NCBI GenBank assembly: GCA_045837725.1
Contig: JBEWZL010000084.1
Location: 248,001 to 312,000, forward strand
Direction of reading: 5' to 3'
Length of the DNA: 64,000 bases
DNA from: Vermamoeba vermiformis
Lineage: Eukaryota
Translations under genes and position numbers: made by a program
The notes under the pieces: generated by a model
The model's input: only the letters and a program-made list of their open reading frames with translations
The model's database searches: none
Told to the model about the DNA's origin: nothing
Shown here: one piece after another, positions 1-13,054 of the stretch
Numbering within the stretch: the stretch's first letter is position 1
Layout: each line of letters starts with the position of its first letter

Positions 1-2831
1 CCAACAGACTCTCAGACGAAGCCAAGCAGTTCGGCTTTGATGTAGAGACCGTGGATGCCGAGAACTATAAGAAGGTAATATTATACGACGTACTTTTGAG
101 TATTTCAAAGTTCGGGCCGCTCCGAGATTGCGATCCGGCTGCGAGCCCAGCAAATTATATCGTGATGTCTGAAAATTACACCATTGCAGTAATTACATTA
201 AAACAACATTATATTGCACATTGCGCAATCTACCCGAAGCTAAAACCCGATCAGATCTTCACGTAACAACTAATATTTCGCTCGTAACAATTTCCAGTTT
301 CGGTTAAAAATTGGGGATCTACCGATTTCAAAAAATAAGAGAAATTATATACTAACGTAATTGATATAGGACGAGCTCGAGACTGAGAAATTTGTCGTTT
401 TCGCTTGCGCCACTTATGGCGAAGGTGATCCCCCAGACAACGCCAAGGAATTCCACGAATGGCTTATGAGCGAAGAGCGCCCCAGCGATATGCTTAAGAA
501 TACTCGCTTTGCTGTAAGTAACGCAAATTTTAACGCGATCTTCATGTCACGACGTCGCATGACGCCTGGATCTGTTACTTAAACTCTACCAATTAATTTC
601 TTAAAAGCTTAATAATTGTTAAGAGTGTTAATCGCACCGCCCTTCATATTATACAAAGATATTCGATCCCTAGATAATTAGACAAAATTATTGGGAGCCT
701 TTTTTTGTGATTGGTGAACTTTTTGTCGTAATCTTCTCGGGCCCGATTACTAACGTAAAATTATAAATAGGTCTTTGGATTGGGCAACAAGACTTACGAA
801 CACTTCAACAAAATTGGTAAAGACATTGACAAGCGATTGGAAGCGTTGGGTGGTACTCGTGTTTGCAAGCGTGGTGAAGGAGATGATGACGCTAAGTAAG
901 TCTCAAATAAGCATATAATGGCTAAGGCCGGGACCTACTCATATTGGAATACTATAAGAGCTAAAAATAGTGGATTAATTGTTTGTAATTTAGCATCGAA
1001 GAAGACTTTGTCAAGTGGAAGAAAATTTTCTTCGAGGAGACTTGCAACGCGTTCAAGATTAACGCTAGCGACAAGAAGGATACTATGTAAGTGTAGCTAT
1101 TAATATCAGCATGATTTGAATTATTTGCAAATTGATTTTTATTCTAAATTTGTCCGAAATGACTTTCAATTCAAAATTTAATTCCCAAATTAGTCCTTGG
1201 GTAATAGCGATGCAATAATCGCATGACACTATATTAATCGCGTCGTATTATTAGTGAGCGCAAATTCAAGTTGGAGACTTATGAAAGATCAGATCCTGCT
1301 ATTGCCGACGTTGATATCAATAACATTCCTCGTTGGTCGCCTAAGCATTATGAAAAGAACACTAGCAATGTCTGCGATAACAAGAACCCTTACTTGGGCA
1401 AAATTGTCGTTAATCGTGAGTTGCACAAGAGCTGCTCTGATCGATCTTGCAGACACGTTGAGGTTGAAGTTCCCGATTGGATTAAGTACGTAGCCTTCGT
1501 ATAATAATATCGATGATTTATTGACAATATTTAGATACGAAACTGGTGACCACATTGGTATTTTCCCAACCAACGATCCAACTACCGTTGAACAATTGGC
1601 TCGTCGATTGCAAGCCGATCTCGACCAAGTTATTGAGATGAAGAGCATTGATAACAAGTAAGGATTGCCAAGAGCATTTAATTTGAATTTTTGGATTAAT
1701 TTTTTTGTCAGATCTCCTTCAGTTGTTGGTCCTTGCACTTTACGCGCTGCTTTGATGCAATACTACGACTTGAACTGCATTGCCCGCAAGCCCTTGCTTA
1801 AGGTCTTGTCTCAGTACGCTGCAGATCCAGCTGAGCAAGCTCGTCTTGCCAGTTTGTCTTCGGATGAGGTTGACCCGACCGATCCCCAAAACTACAATGT
1901 TTATATTCAAGCTGATGGCCGCACTATTTTGGAAGTCCTCGAGTCGTTCCCTAGCGTCAAGGTACCTTTGGACCACTTCTTGGAAGAGTTGCCTAAGCTT
2001 CAAGCCCGCGAATATTCCATCTCTTCTTCACCGGATGTGCACGGCAATAAGGTTCATATTACAGCTGTCTTAGTCGACTTTAAGACTCCTACTGGCCGTA
2101 GACACATGGGTCTCTGCACTAGCTGGTTCGCTCGCAACATTCCTGCTGCTGGTCAAGCCATCTCTGTTCCCATGTTCATTGGCAAATCCACTTTCAGATT
2201 GCCTAAACAAATCACTACTCCAGTTATTATGGTTGGCCCTGGTACTGGTTTTGCTCCTTTCAGAGGATTTTTGCACCAACTTACCTACGACAAGTCAAAG
2301 AACCCAGAGGCCATCGTCAGATCGATGTTGTTCTACGGATGCCGAAGAAGAGACGCTGACTTTATCTACGAAGAAGAAGTCAACGAGTTCTCTAGCACTG
2401 GCATTGTTTCTGACTTGCACTTGGCCTTCTCACGAGAAAAAGATAGCAAAGGTAAGTTGCGCAGATCTTTGTTAGATGTACTTTTGACACAGAGTTCTAA
2501 CTCTTATTTATAGTTTATGTGCAACACCGTATGTCTGAGGCTCATGTCGGCGCTAAGATCTACGCATGGCTCGAGGATGGAGGCTACTTCTACATTTGCG
2601 GGTAAGTAATCGATCGCACGATCGGCTCGGCTCGAGCATTTAGATCTTAACTCTGAGCATTTCTAACAATACTTTGTTATATTTAGTGATGCTAAGGGCA
2701 TGGCTGTTGAAGTTCGTAACACTTTGAAAGAAATCATCAAGCACAACGGCAACAAGTCGGATGCTGAAGCCGAAGCTTACCTCGAGAACTTGTCGAAGAC
2801 CAACAGATATTTGGCCGACATCTGGGCTTAA
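1..2831 (+). CDS. POR: NADPH-cytochrome P450 reductase (diflavin reductase), 5'-truncated by window, 9 exons visible
   Basis: Spliced frame gives FMN motifs ATYGEGDPPDNA and VFGLGNKTYEHFN, FAD motif REYSISSS, NADPH motif MVGPGTGFAPFRGF, FYGCR, YICGDAKGMA and the C-terminus LADIWA*. Introns are GT-AG (e.g. 75-369, 514-770, 2452-2512). Confidence 0.95.
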
Positions 2832-3373
2832 GCGAGCACCTGGATCAAGTCCATATTGATCAATCACATATAAATAGTCGTCAATGTTTTATCGGATGCG
2901 CAAGCTGGTAGAATATTGATACAAAAAAACCCCTCCTGCGAAATTAATAACTCAATATTACCCAATAAACCCATTTTATTTATAAATTTTAACCTTCCTG
3001 ATTCTATTCAACTTACTGACCGGATGGAGATCCGTATCAAAAAATATCTCCGTTTTGCTTAAATTGACACGAGGTTTCGGAATGGAGCGATAAAGTAGCT
3101 AATAAAAGGGATGCCTAGTCATGATAAATACCCGACGGGTAACTTCGGCAGTACCAGATGCACCATCCCGACCTCTGTGTTCAAGTCAACTGCTGGAAAT
3201 TTACTGGATAATACTGGCGTATCTTAAAGTTTTATTCTTAAAATTAGTGGTGGTTGTTATTTGCCGAAGCGGGTGATTCATAGCCGTTGGAAGAAAGTTT
3301 TTGTTTTGTACATCAACCGAATCTATCGAGTGCAACAAGAGGTCACTTAAAATTTTATTGGAAGGTGACCACA

Positions 3374-6300
3374 ATGGCTACAGCAACTACCCCTCGAGGA
3401 GAACCGACTGTGGAGGATGTTCTGAAAGACATGGCCTTCGATCCGAAAGGCAGTATCGCTGTTTACTTCAAACATCAAGAAAAAGCCAAATACATGTGCA
3501 TTGATCAATTCGGTAAGTACGAGTTGCTTAATACGCAGTTCTAGTGTCCCGAAAATATTTTAAAAGAAAATAATCGATTTCCCCGACAAATTACAGATGC
3601 GTTAATTTTAATAATTCAATTGAATTAAAATATCTTGGGAGTACCTTCAAAAATTTTATTTCTACTTATTGGCCCTAGGGACATCATTATTCTTAATGTA
3701 TTTTCCTAACGATCTACCTTTGTTGCTATTGTGTTAATCTAACAAATTTAACGGAAAACTAATTCTACTGCATGCTAATATGAAACATTAAGGCAAAATG
3801 ACTATGCGACAAATTCCTAAAGAGTGGGAGAAGTTTACAGTGACCCGCCAAGCCGAGACTCATAAATTCTCTATCAAGGTATGAAACTCGTTACAAACCC
3901 ACGCAAAAAAATTGTTACTATTTGATTATTGATTTTTAATACGTTAATTTTCGGTATTATTTGTCAAATTAGCGACATTTTGGTGGACCGAATTAAAACT
4001 GATCCGTTATTTCGTATTTCTGCGGTTGATTGAATTTCAATAACACGTGCAAACTAATAATTATGCAATATTAACGGTTACTATGAATTACAGAGTCACT
4101 GGAATACCTTTTTGGGCTTAGACATTAAAGATCCGAGCAAACTCGATTTGAAGCCTCAATTAATCTATGAAGCTCAATTATGGACCTTTGAATTGGGCAA
4201 AGATGCTCTTTGGCGCATTAAGAACTGGTATGATTTTATTTCAGCTAATTATTAAATAGCGAATCAACTGCCGATTCCGCGGAAGATCCTACCGACAAAA
4301 ATTGCAATATTTTAAATTGAATTTTAATCAAAAATGCACCGTGCGTCGGCATTAAATATTATAAACGACCGCTGATAAAAATTAATTGATCTTTGTAATC
4401 GAATAATTACAATTTTTTATTACGGTACCTGCAGTTGCTAATTGATTATTATTATATAGCATGAGTGGCAGTTATTTGTGCTACAGAGGCAACAGAGAAT
4501 ACGTCATGTCGGGCGAAGTAAACACAGCACTTCAATGGCGGGTACTCGATATTGCCGCTGTTAATGACGTCACTTCCGACAATATTTTCAGCTTGGTATG
4601 TCTTATAGAATCATTTAAACCTAACGATTATAATGTCACCGGGATCTATTGTTCTAATTATAGAGATCTTCCTATTCTATAAATTTGCAAAGTATAATAG
4701 CTAATCGAAACTTCATCCTTTAGCTCATTTCGGAATTGACCCGCAAAGCTTTTGTTACATTGAATTCGGGTATCATGCACGAGGCCGAGCAATTCCTCGA
4801 CCAGGAGATCAAAGAAAACGAAAGTAAGTCATCACGATTGCTAAGCAATACAGATCCGGCCTAACCTATGACGTTTCAGACAATTGGTTCGCTTGGAAGT
4901 ACAAGGGTTATTTGCGCTTGGGCGCCAAAGATTGGGACAAGGCAATTGAAGCGTTAAGTCAAGCCCTGAGAATTGAAGAGAAGTACGTATTTTTTTTAGC
5001 TTACACGTGTCATTTGCATGTAAAACACGAGCTAACCTTATTGTTTTCAGATGGAGTTTTGCCTGGGCTAAGCTCGGCTACGCGTTCATTAAGCAAAAGA
5101 GATACTACGAGGCTTTGCCGTGCTATGCCAAGGCACTCGAGTACACTCCAGGTGATGTGGCTTCGTTGTACTACAAGGGCAAGGCGCACTTCCACACTCA
5201 AGACTACAACGAGGCTCGCGCTTGTTTCGATAAGGTCCTCGAGCAGCCTCAGAACTTCAAGAACTCGTTCTACTACAAGGGCAAAATGCTCGTGACGGAA
5301 CAAAAGATCTCGATGGCCATTCAATGCTTCAACAAAGCACTCGAGCGCAACCCCAACAAAGTCACCGTACACAACGAGAAGGGTAAGTATTAATATGAAG
5401 ATGTTATTACTGAGACCTATATGGCCTCTGAACCCTGTTGTGTTGCTTGCTCAATCCGTTTTCTATTGTTGAGCGAGTGTCAAACACGGGGAATATTCTT
5501 CGACACTATCAACTTTAACTTGATTTAATCTTGTACGAGGTTATTAACAGTGTGTAGGTTTGGCTCAAATGAAGCTTGGAAGCATCGAGGACGCTTTGGA
5601 TTGCTTTACCAATGCGTTGATTTTGCACCCGAAGGTTCGTTTTTCAGAGGTTAGATCCGCTCTTTGAGCAATTATTTATGCCTTGCTATAGGACACTGCT
5701 ATTTGGAACAACAAAGGTGCTGCATTCCGTGACTTGCGCAAGTACAAGAACGCCATGGAATGCTTCAAGACTGCTATTAAGATCGACGCCAACTGCTTGA
5801 ACTCGTGGGTCAACCTTGGTCTGACGTACGGCACTATCGGCAAGTACGAGAAGGCCATTCAATGCTTGCAAAAGGCACTTGAGATTGCTCCTCAACACGA
5901 AGACGCCCCGAAGTGGACTAAAGAAGTCAAATTGTACTCGGATATTATGGGCAATCACGAGGTGAGTATACTTTTCCTAATTAGGCAAATGCACTTATAA
6001 CCCAATTCTAACGTTTATTTTCATCGTAGGTTTTGGAGCTGCAAAAGAAAGGAGATGATTTCTATTTGCAAAGACAATTTGATAAGGCACTTGAGGTCTA
6101 TTGCAAGGCCAAAGAGACTACCAAGATGGATTCGCAAGATCTGGACATTAAAATTCACGGTAAGCTACAATATCTAACACCAAACATATCCTTATTAATA
6201 ATGCATTATAGAATGTAAATATGCTTTGAAGCAAGTCACGTGGGACATGTTGGATATCTTCCATCAAAATTCAGATCAGACTTACGAGCGGTTGTTAAAG

Positions 6301-7793
6301 ACTTACGACAAAGTCAGCAAGAACAGCTCGAAGACCGTCAAAGTCAACGAGTTTTGGATCTTGAATAAGATCAATATTGGCGCTTTGGCTCCTGATGATA
6401 TCACAGCCTGCAAGCCCAAACAGCTGATCTTCTTGTTGCCGATTATTTTGGGATACATTCGCGATTTCCGTGACGCAGAAAGTCGATTGCCGTTCATCAC
6501 TGCAATTTTGGATAAATTGAAAGAAAGCATCAAGTTGCAGCAATTGATTGTCAGTTTGAACAGATCTAACGTAAGTCCCTACTTTTCACGCTCATAAGCT
6601 CTGATACTAGAGCTCATATCAAACTCATATTATGATATGTTATAGTACTCGGCAGTCTCATAGTATACTAATCTATATTTGTTTAGTTGTTGGTCACTGA
6701 AGTCCAAAAAATCTTCACGGAAGACGAGTGGCAAAAAGAAACGTTCAATTTCTTCGCGGTCAATGCTCAAGGCCAACAACGCACGTTCACTAAGGGCCAA
6801 GTGTTTAACAACTTGCGCATGGCTGGACCACTCTACGGCTACCCAGTCTTCGAGATTAAAGTCGTCAAAGTGTTCGACTCGAAGGCCAAGCCCGTCTTGT
6901 TGGAATACCAGAGCGGAAAATTCTTCCAACCTTTGCGTGCAATTTTCAAGACCGGCGATGACTTGAGAAAAGATTTCTTGGTCGAAGTTATGTTCTTTAT
7001 CTTCAACAAGATCTGGGAGAACTCTGGCTTGAAGAAGAAACCTCACGTCTATCAGTACTTGGTCATTCCTTCCGGCACTAATGCTGGTAAGTTAGTAGAT
7101 CTTGATCTGCGCATCCAGATCTTGAACAATAATTTTAGCTTTGGGATGGATTATTAACGATATATTTATAGGCTTCATTGAGTTCGTGCCTGACTGCACG
7201 CCCGTCAAGAGTTTTGATTGGAACAGAATTGACAGCTTGACTGAGCGTGAAGTGGATACTTTGGTGTCAACAGGTATGTTTGCAACTATTTATTTTTCAC
7301 TGAAACTTGTTATTAACGGCACTTTGCACGTGTAGCTGCTGGAGGCTTCGTTGCTGCATTTATTATGGGCATTAGAGATCGCCATAAGGACAACATGTTG
7401 ATCAAGGACAACACGACCTTCGTGCACATCGACTTTGGCTATTTGTTCAATGAAAAGACCTGGTTCGATGCACCCTCATTGGCTATTCCTGGAGGCTTGA
7501 AAACGAAGCTAGAAAGCAAGGGCAAGTGGGAAGAGTTCAAAAACTTGATGGCGGATGCGTACTTGCTGTTGAGACGCAACTCTGGTATGATCAGCAACAT
7601 CTGTTTGAGGCTGTTCAAGGGCATTTCACCGACTGAAGTGGTGGAAAATCAATTGTACACTGCATTCCAAATGTTTAAGACGAGCGAAGATATGGCCTGG
7701 AAGGACTTCAAGGACTCGATCGATCGCGATCTGACTTCATTGCAGAAGAAGTTGAAGGACGTGGTGCACAAGATTGAGAGTCAAAGCAATTAA
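3374..7793 (+). CDS. Multi-exon PI3K/PI4K-family lipid kinase with N-terminal fascin-like beta-trefoil and TPR array
   Basis: ATG at 3374. Exons 1-4 give beta-trefoil-like repeats (IPKEWEKFTV, SHWNTFLG, EAQLWTF). TPR repeats at 4880-6100 (AWAKLGYAF, SLYYKGKAHF, IWNNKGAAF, SWVNLGLTY). Kinase domain FDSKAKP, FKTGDDLRKD, GFIEFV, MGIRDRHKDN, VHIDFG. Stop at 7791-7793. Confidence 0.88.
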
Positions 7794-8189
7794 TTTATTT
7801 TTAAGGGAGCGAACTGTATTTATTTGTCAAGTAAAATTGATTTTTGAAAAACTCGAAACCGCACAACTGTACAGTTTTTGATTACCATTGAGAGGCTTCC
7901 AAATTGATACGGCATATCAAAGCTGTATGTAATTATTCAACGTGCAGTCACTACGGCCCAGGATGCACTCGTGCTAATGTCCGTTCTGTGACAATCTACC
8001 TGATCTGTTTTGTCTGAGAGTTAATCACCAAAGGTTCGCTTGCAATCAACGTTTTCTTCAGAATTAATACGGACAATGATACCTATTGGTAAACAACGCA
8101 TCAGATTAAGACCTGGGATCTATTTCAAGGTAATGATTTTTAGTTCGCGTATGTACAAATAAACAAGCTATGTGAAGTAATGTCAGTTT

Positions 8190-10416
8190 CTAGCTAGATA
8201 CTCTAGAATCTGAACTTTGGGTGAACAAGTCGTGGCCAATTGAAAGGAAATCTTTGTTGGATGCAGATGAGGTCGGATCCTCCGCGGCATTTTGGTTTGA
8301 TGTGCAGTTGACGGCGAGAGAGACCTCTGCTATAGAAGGGGATCCAACTGAAGGCTCATTCGGCGGCGAGTTTGGCTGCAGATCTGGTGGCAGAGGGCGC
8401 TTGAAAAAATTGGCTAAAAAAGGCAGTAACGGCTGGTCGTTAAGAAGTTGATTATATTGATGCCAGAATAGTCGAGCAAGGAAGTAGTAAGAGTTAGAGA
8501 ACATATGAGCTATCTATACGTAATTTTAAAATTAGAACAAAGGATCAGATCCGAACAAAAAAAACGTACGTTTTGGAGCATTTCAACTTGCTTCGTTAGC
8601 TTCAAGAACGGTAAGATTGAGAAGACGTATATATAGGGGAATATGAAGTGCGGCATCTGAGCTATTAATGTTTTGGCAACGTTGATAATGTAGTGGCAAC
8701 ATTGGATCGCACTTTCGAGCTGATCGCAGGCGTTAAAAGCGAACACTCCGGCCACTTGAATAGACAAGCCAATAATATCCCTAATTAATAACATGAGAAT
8801 ATGAATCGGGTATTGGTTTAAAGGGTACTTGCCTTAACGTGTTTTCGGTTATTAATGAGGCTTGTTGGATCAGATCCGATAAGTATTTGTGAACCTCTGT
8901 TTGGTTAAGCTTAGTTCCGTCGCGCATACATGATGCTCCCACAGAGACTACCTACAGAGGTAACAAGTAATTAGCGTCCGAGATTTTCGAGATACAAAAA
9001 TTTTCAGTAACTTTCCTAATTTGGAAAGTTTGCTACAAAAATAGCACTCTGATACTACGCCACTTACCGCTCTAGCTTTATCTCTAAGATCTTGCGCGAG
9101 CTTTGATGAGCTTGTTGTGCCAAAATTGAACTCAGAAATCTTCGGAAATTGTGGATCTGATCGGCGGTCTTTAACTCTAGTAGAAGGGATGCTGAATGTT
9201 AATATATGAAGTAGATGGTCCTCAGTCGAGTCTCCGTCAATCTCTTCTTGGTCTTGTTTAGCTTTGTTCACAGGTAAGGCGGAAACTTTTCCGAGATCCG
9301 TTCTCGTCGCTCGAAGGCCGCTCAATCGCTTCCAAACACTAGCACTTTGTTTCCAATCGCCTATACTAAGTGCATAGAATGCTAGATTAAATAACAAGCT
9401 CATTTCTTCGTTGAACAACAACTCGTCTCCGAGTTCGTATTGTGTTGCGAACTCCCTATTTGTACGTAAAGAATAATACTTAGTATGCATATGATTTTAA
9501 GAACGAAACATAATTTGCACTTACGATGCCTCTTTCATGCATTTTTGGGCTGTTTGAATGTCGTTATTGATTAGCGCTCCGCACCCGATGACTGACATCA
9601 TAAGGGCATTCTTCAGCAGATCTAGGTGACAGAACAAATTTAGTGGAGGCTATAGCATTATACTTATATTAAATGAAATAAAGACATTATTTTGAGCTAT
9701 TTCTTAGCATTTGAGGTATTACGTACCATCATCTTGGAGCAGCGTATCGAGATCGGGATATGGAACGACAGCGCCTGTCATGGCACCTATCGTTTGGGAA
9801 TACCAATAGACATATGTTGAAAGATGAGGAATCGAGAAGAATTTTGCGATCTTATTGCGCACAAAGGCAATTTTCTAGCCAGATGAATTAGGTGCGGAGT
9901 AATTATCATATTTGAAGCGTTACTAATTCCGTTAATTTCCTTTAATTAACAGATAATTGCACGAGTATTAATCGGAAGTACTTACCGCTTGAATTCGATC
10001 CAGTTCTCGCATTTTTTGTTGCTGATCTGCCTTAAGACTAGTTTCGTATTGTTCGTTACACATTATTTTTATCTTCAACGTTTCATTTTGCTTAGTCATT
10101 TGTTCTAAGAAATAATAATAATAAGTTAATACTTCAATAAAGCGAGTTTTTGATGCATCCACCGCACCGAACACGTCTTCTTCTGCCATATTTGGAAACA
10201 CGCAAGTTTCATTAGCCTCGAGACATCGATCGCACGGACAAACGCCATTGCCTAGAATTAATATAGTATTAGCGGAACTATCCCTGATCGATGCGTGCTT
10301 ATTTAAGGTCCCGCTGACATGCCACACTTACATTTTTTATGATGAATTTTGCATCGTTCGCAAGCACGAAGTACGACAGAAATCCCTCCGCGTTTTTTAC
10401 TTACGCGTTTTTGCAT
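8190..10416 (-). CDS. Zn(II)2Cys6 binuclear-cluster transcription factor, multi-exon (3' end uncertain)
   Basis: Removing the intron at about 10252-10331 gives CERC-KIHHKK-C-NGVCP-CDRC-LEANET-C (Cx2Cx6Cx5Cx2Cx6C) after a basic N-terminus. A coiled coil and a middle-homology-like region follow. Confidence 0.85.
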
Positions 10417-11481
10417 TTCACTTGTGTTTTCTACTTTTTTAGAGTTTAGTAAAAATAATCTTTGTGTTTGTGGCCAACAAACTTCATTTTTTCTATCTAT
10501 AGAAGGTGATCGAGATGTTATCTTATCCAAATATGGTAATAACGACCGGCAGAAAATTAAATTTCCCAATGTATAATTAAAGTAGGAAATTTTGTAGTTA
10601 AAAACATCGTCAACCTGCGGCTATGTCAAACTGGTTCTAATAGACTTAATAGTACTATTTATAGCACTATTAAGACCAGTTACAATCGTTCGCTTGGGTT
10701 TGAAGGTATTTTAAGTTACGCGGATAATTTCCCTGCCACGCGCCTCAAACGTTTTAAACCTCTTTCTGTGAACGTAAAACTGAAATGAAAGCGAGAGATA
10801 CAACGAATAAGTGATATTTAAGGGTCTATATGCTATATGCTTCATATTGATCGCTTTTTAGTACCTCTTTGAAAAAGTGGTGCCATGTGTTCATCGGCCG
10901 ATAGACACGTGCACAAATTTAATGTTCAAAATACCATTCTAAAGGGTTATAGATAGGTATAGTCGCTCAATTATTATAGAAAATAGGCGAATCGATGTTT
11001 GAAGTTGCAGAAATGCAATTCGTTTCGAAAGTAAATTTGGCAACCAGATCTATTTTTGGAATTAAAAGACTTCGCTACCTGAGAATAGGCGGGCAATAAA
11101 GGACGCTTCTAGGGCAATAATATCGCTCAATTTACTTCGGAGAGCACAAATTTCTAAAAAAAGGCATCATTAAGTAAGCGCTATTTTAGGAGCTGGGTTT
11201 AGCTATTTTGGGCGACTTACCTGGTTTCATGGGAGATAGTAATCCTGAAAGTAATCCATTTCGTTTTGCCTAGCATCGCATTAATATTTCAGATTTTTAT
11301 GAGATATCTCCTGCGAACCAGATCTATTGTACGGGAAGCGCCAAAAAGTTCTAATAGTAGATCCGTTGTTAGTAATGGTGGCAATGTTTTATTATGTTAA
11401 CCGTACTTACTATTGCATCCATAGGCATCGCCTAAAGTAGCAGATCTGGGCGTATTTGTGGTTTAATAATCCACGCTGGAT

Positions 11482-12919
11482 CTAACTCGACTTATTCTCG
11501 ATAACGAGGTTAGCAACAATAGGGCAATGGTCACTTGCGGGTCTATCGCGTTCGCCGTTCTCGAGCACTTTGTAATCCTGCACGGTAATTCCTTTGCTCA
11601 CAAGAATGTAGTCAATCAGCATCGTATAAGCGTAGTTAAGTAGCTTAATATAGATATTGTTGAAACCAACAAATGTGGCTTGGGTGCTATTAGCGCCGGT
11701 ATTGACTAATGATAGGCCTAGATGTCGGATCAATTAGGCATCATTAATGACCCGTAAAGTGAGCTCAACATACCCCACTTCATCGCACAATTTGGGTTCG
11801 TGACTTCAGCTATTAGACCTTCGTGTGGCGTAGAATTAAAATCACCGGTTAAGATGCACGGGAGACCATTGGATATGGCTCGCATTTTTGATAATATCAA
11901 GTGCAAGCCGTTCTTGCGTGCCTCGAATGATTCGTAGTCCAGATGCGTGTTGAACACGAAGAATGGAGGTGCATTTCTATTGAATAGTCAGTATTTGTTA
12001 ATCATATCATATGAATTACTTACTTAGTTTTAGATCTGAGTTTGACCCACGAGCAGATCCTCGGCAAAGGAGCTTTCCAGGCACGAGATCCAGCAGTGTA
12101 CGGCGTCTCTGATAACCAAAACACGCCACACCCTTCTTGCTATATTAAACTAACGTTAAATATAATCATATCAAGGTATCGATAACTTACACTGAACAGA
12201 TCTGCTCGATAAAATATCGGCGAAGCTTCACCGCGTTGTTGACCGTCATCGCGGCCCCACGAAACATAATCAAATGCAGAGCCCACCCTTTGCTTAACAT
12301 ACTAAAGGCTTGCGTAAGTTTGAATTTCATTACGGTGATTAGCACTTACCGCTAGCTGATGGTGCAAGGGCTCTTGAAGGCCAAAAATGTCGCATCCTTT
12401 AACAATTTCTGAAACCTGCCTCAAAAATTATTAAATATTATAATTTTATAATGCTATGCATACTATGTCTTTTCGATGCTCCCAAGAATGTTTTCCGTCC
12501 TCTGGAGTGTCATAACGAATATTAAAACTCATGACCTACACAAAAATTCAATTTGATTATTAAAAATAAATAAATTAATTTACCTTCACCGCCAATGATT
12601 CTGGATAATTATACGTTTCTTTTCTACGATCAAATGCTTCAATAATATTCATGTCGCCATTATTTTCCAAAATTCTATTGTCTTCACTTTCCCAATGTAG
12701 GCTTCCTGATTGATCCTTAATGACAAACTTATATTCGATTCTTGTTGCTGGCAATTTAAATGCTTGAGCGGTTTCCCACCAATTCAACTGAGACCACTTC
12801 AGCTTGTTATCATTTGTGGGCATCCAGTTACCAAGTGCTGGAGTATTGCCGACTACGTGTACTGTTTGGCCGTAGCTTGTCTCGCAGTACACTCGAAAAA
12901 GCACATTTGTGGTCGTCAT
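11482..12919 (-). CDS. CBM20 starch-binding domain fused to an exonuclease/endonuclease/phosphatase (EEP) domain
   Basis: N-terminal CBM20 (TSYGQTVHVVGNTPALGNW...IEYKF...WE...NR). Spliced EEP motifs VMSFNIRYD, DIFGLQE, GRDDG, FWLSETP, PRICSW, NTHLD, LTGDFN, IDYI, SDHCP. Confidence 0.88.
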
Positions 12920-13054
12920 GGTAAATTCGAACAAAAATATGTTTTATGCAGATACTTGCCATTTTTGGAAGTGTATCGGCTCTAGAAGCTCGGGAAGGTT
13001 GAATACTTTATTAAACATATTTAATACAAGTTGTCGCTTATTAAAAGAGCGTCT

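Noticed and set aside
3119-3222. TPP-riboswitch-like words (ATACCCG; CTGGATAATACTGGCGTA)
   Set aside because: CUGAGA and ACCUGAU are missing and the spacing is incompatible with the TPP fold.
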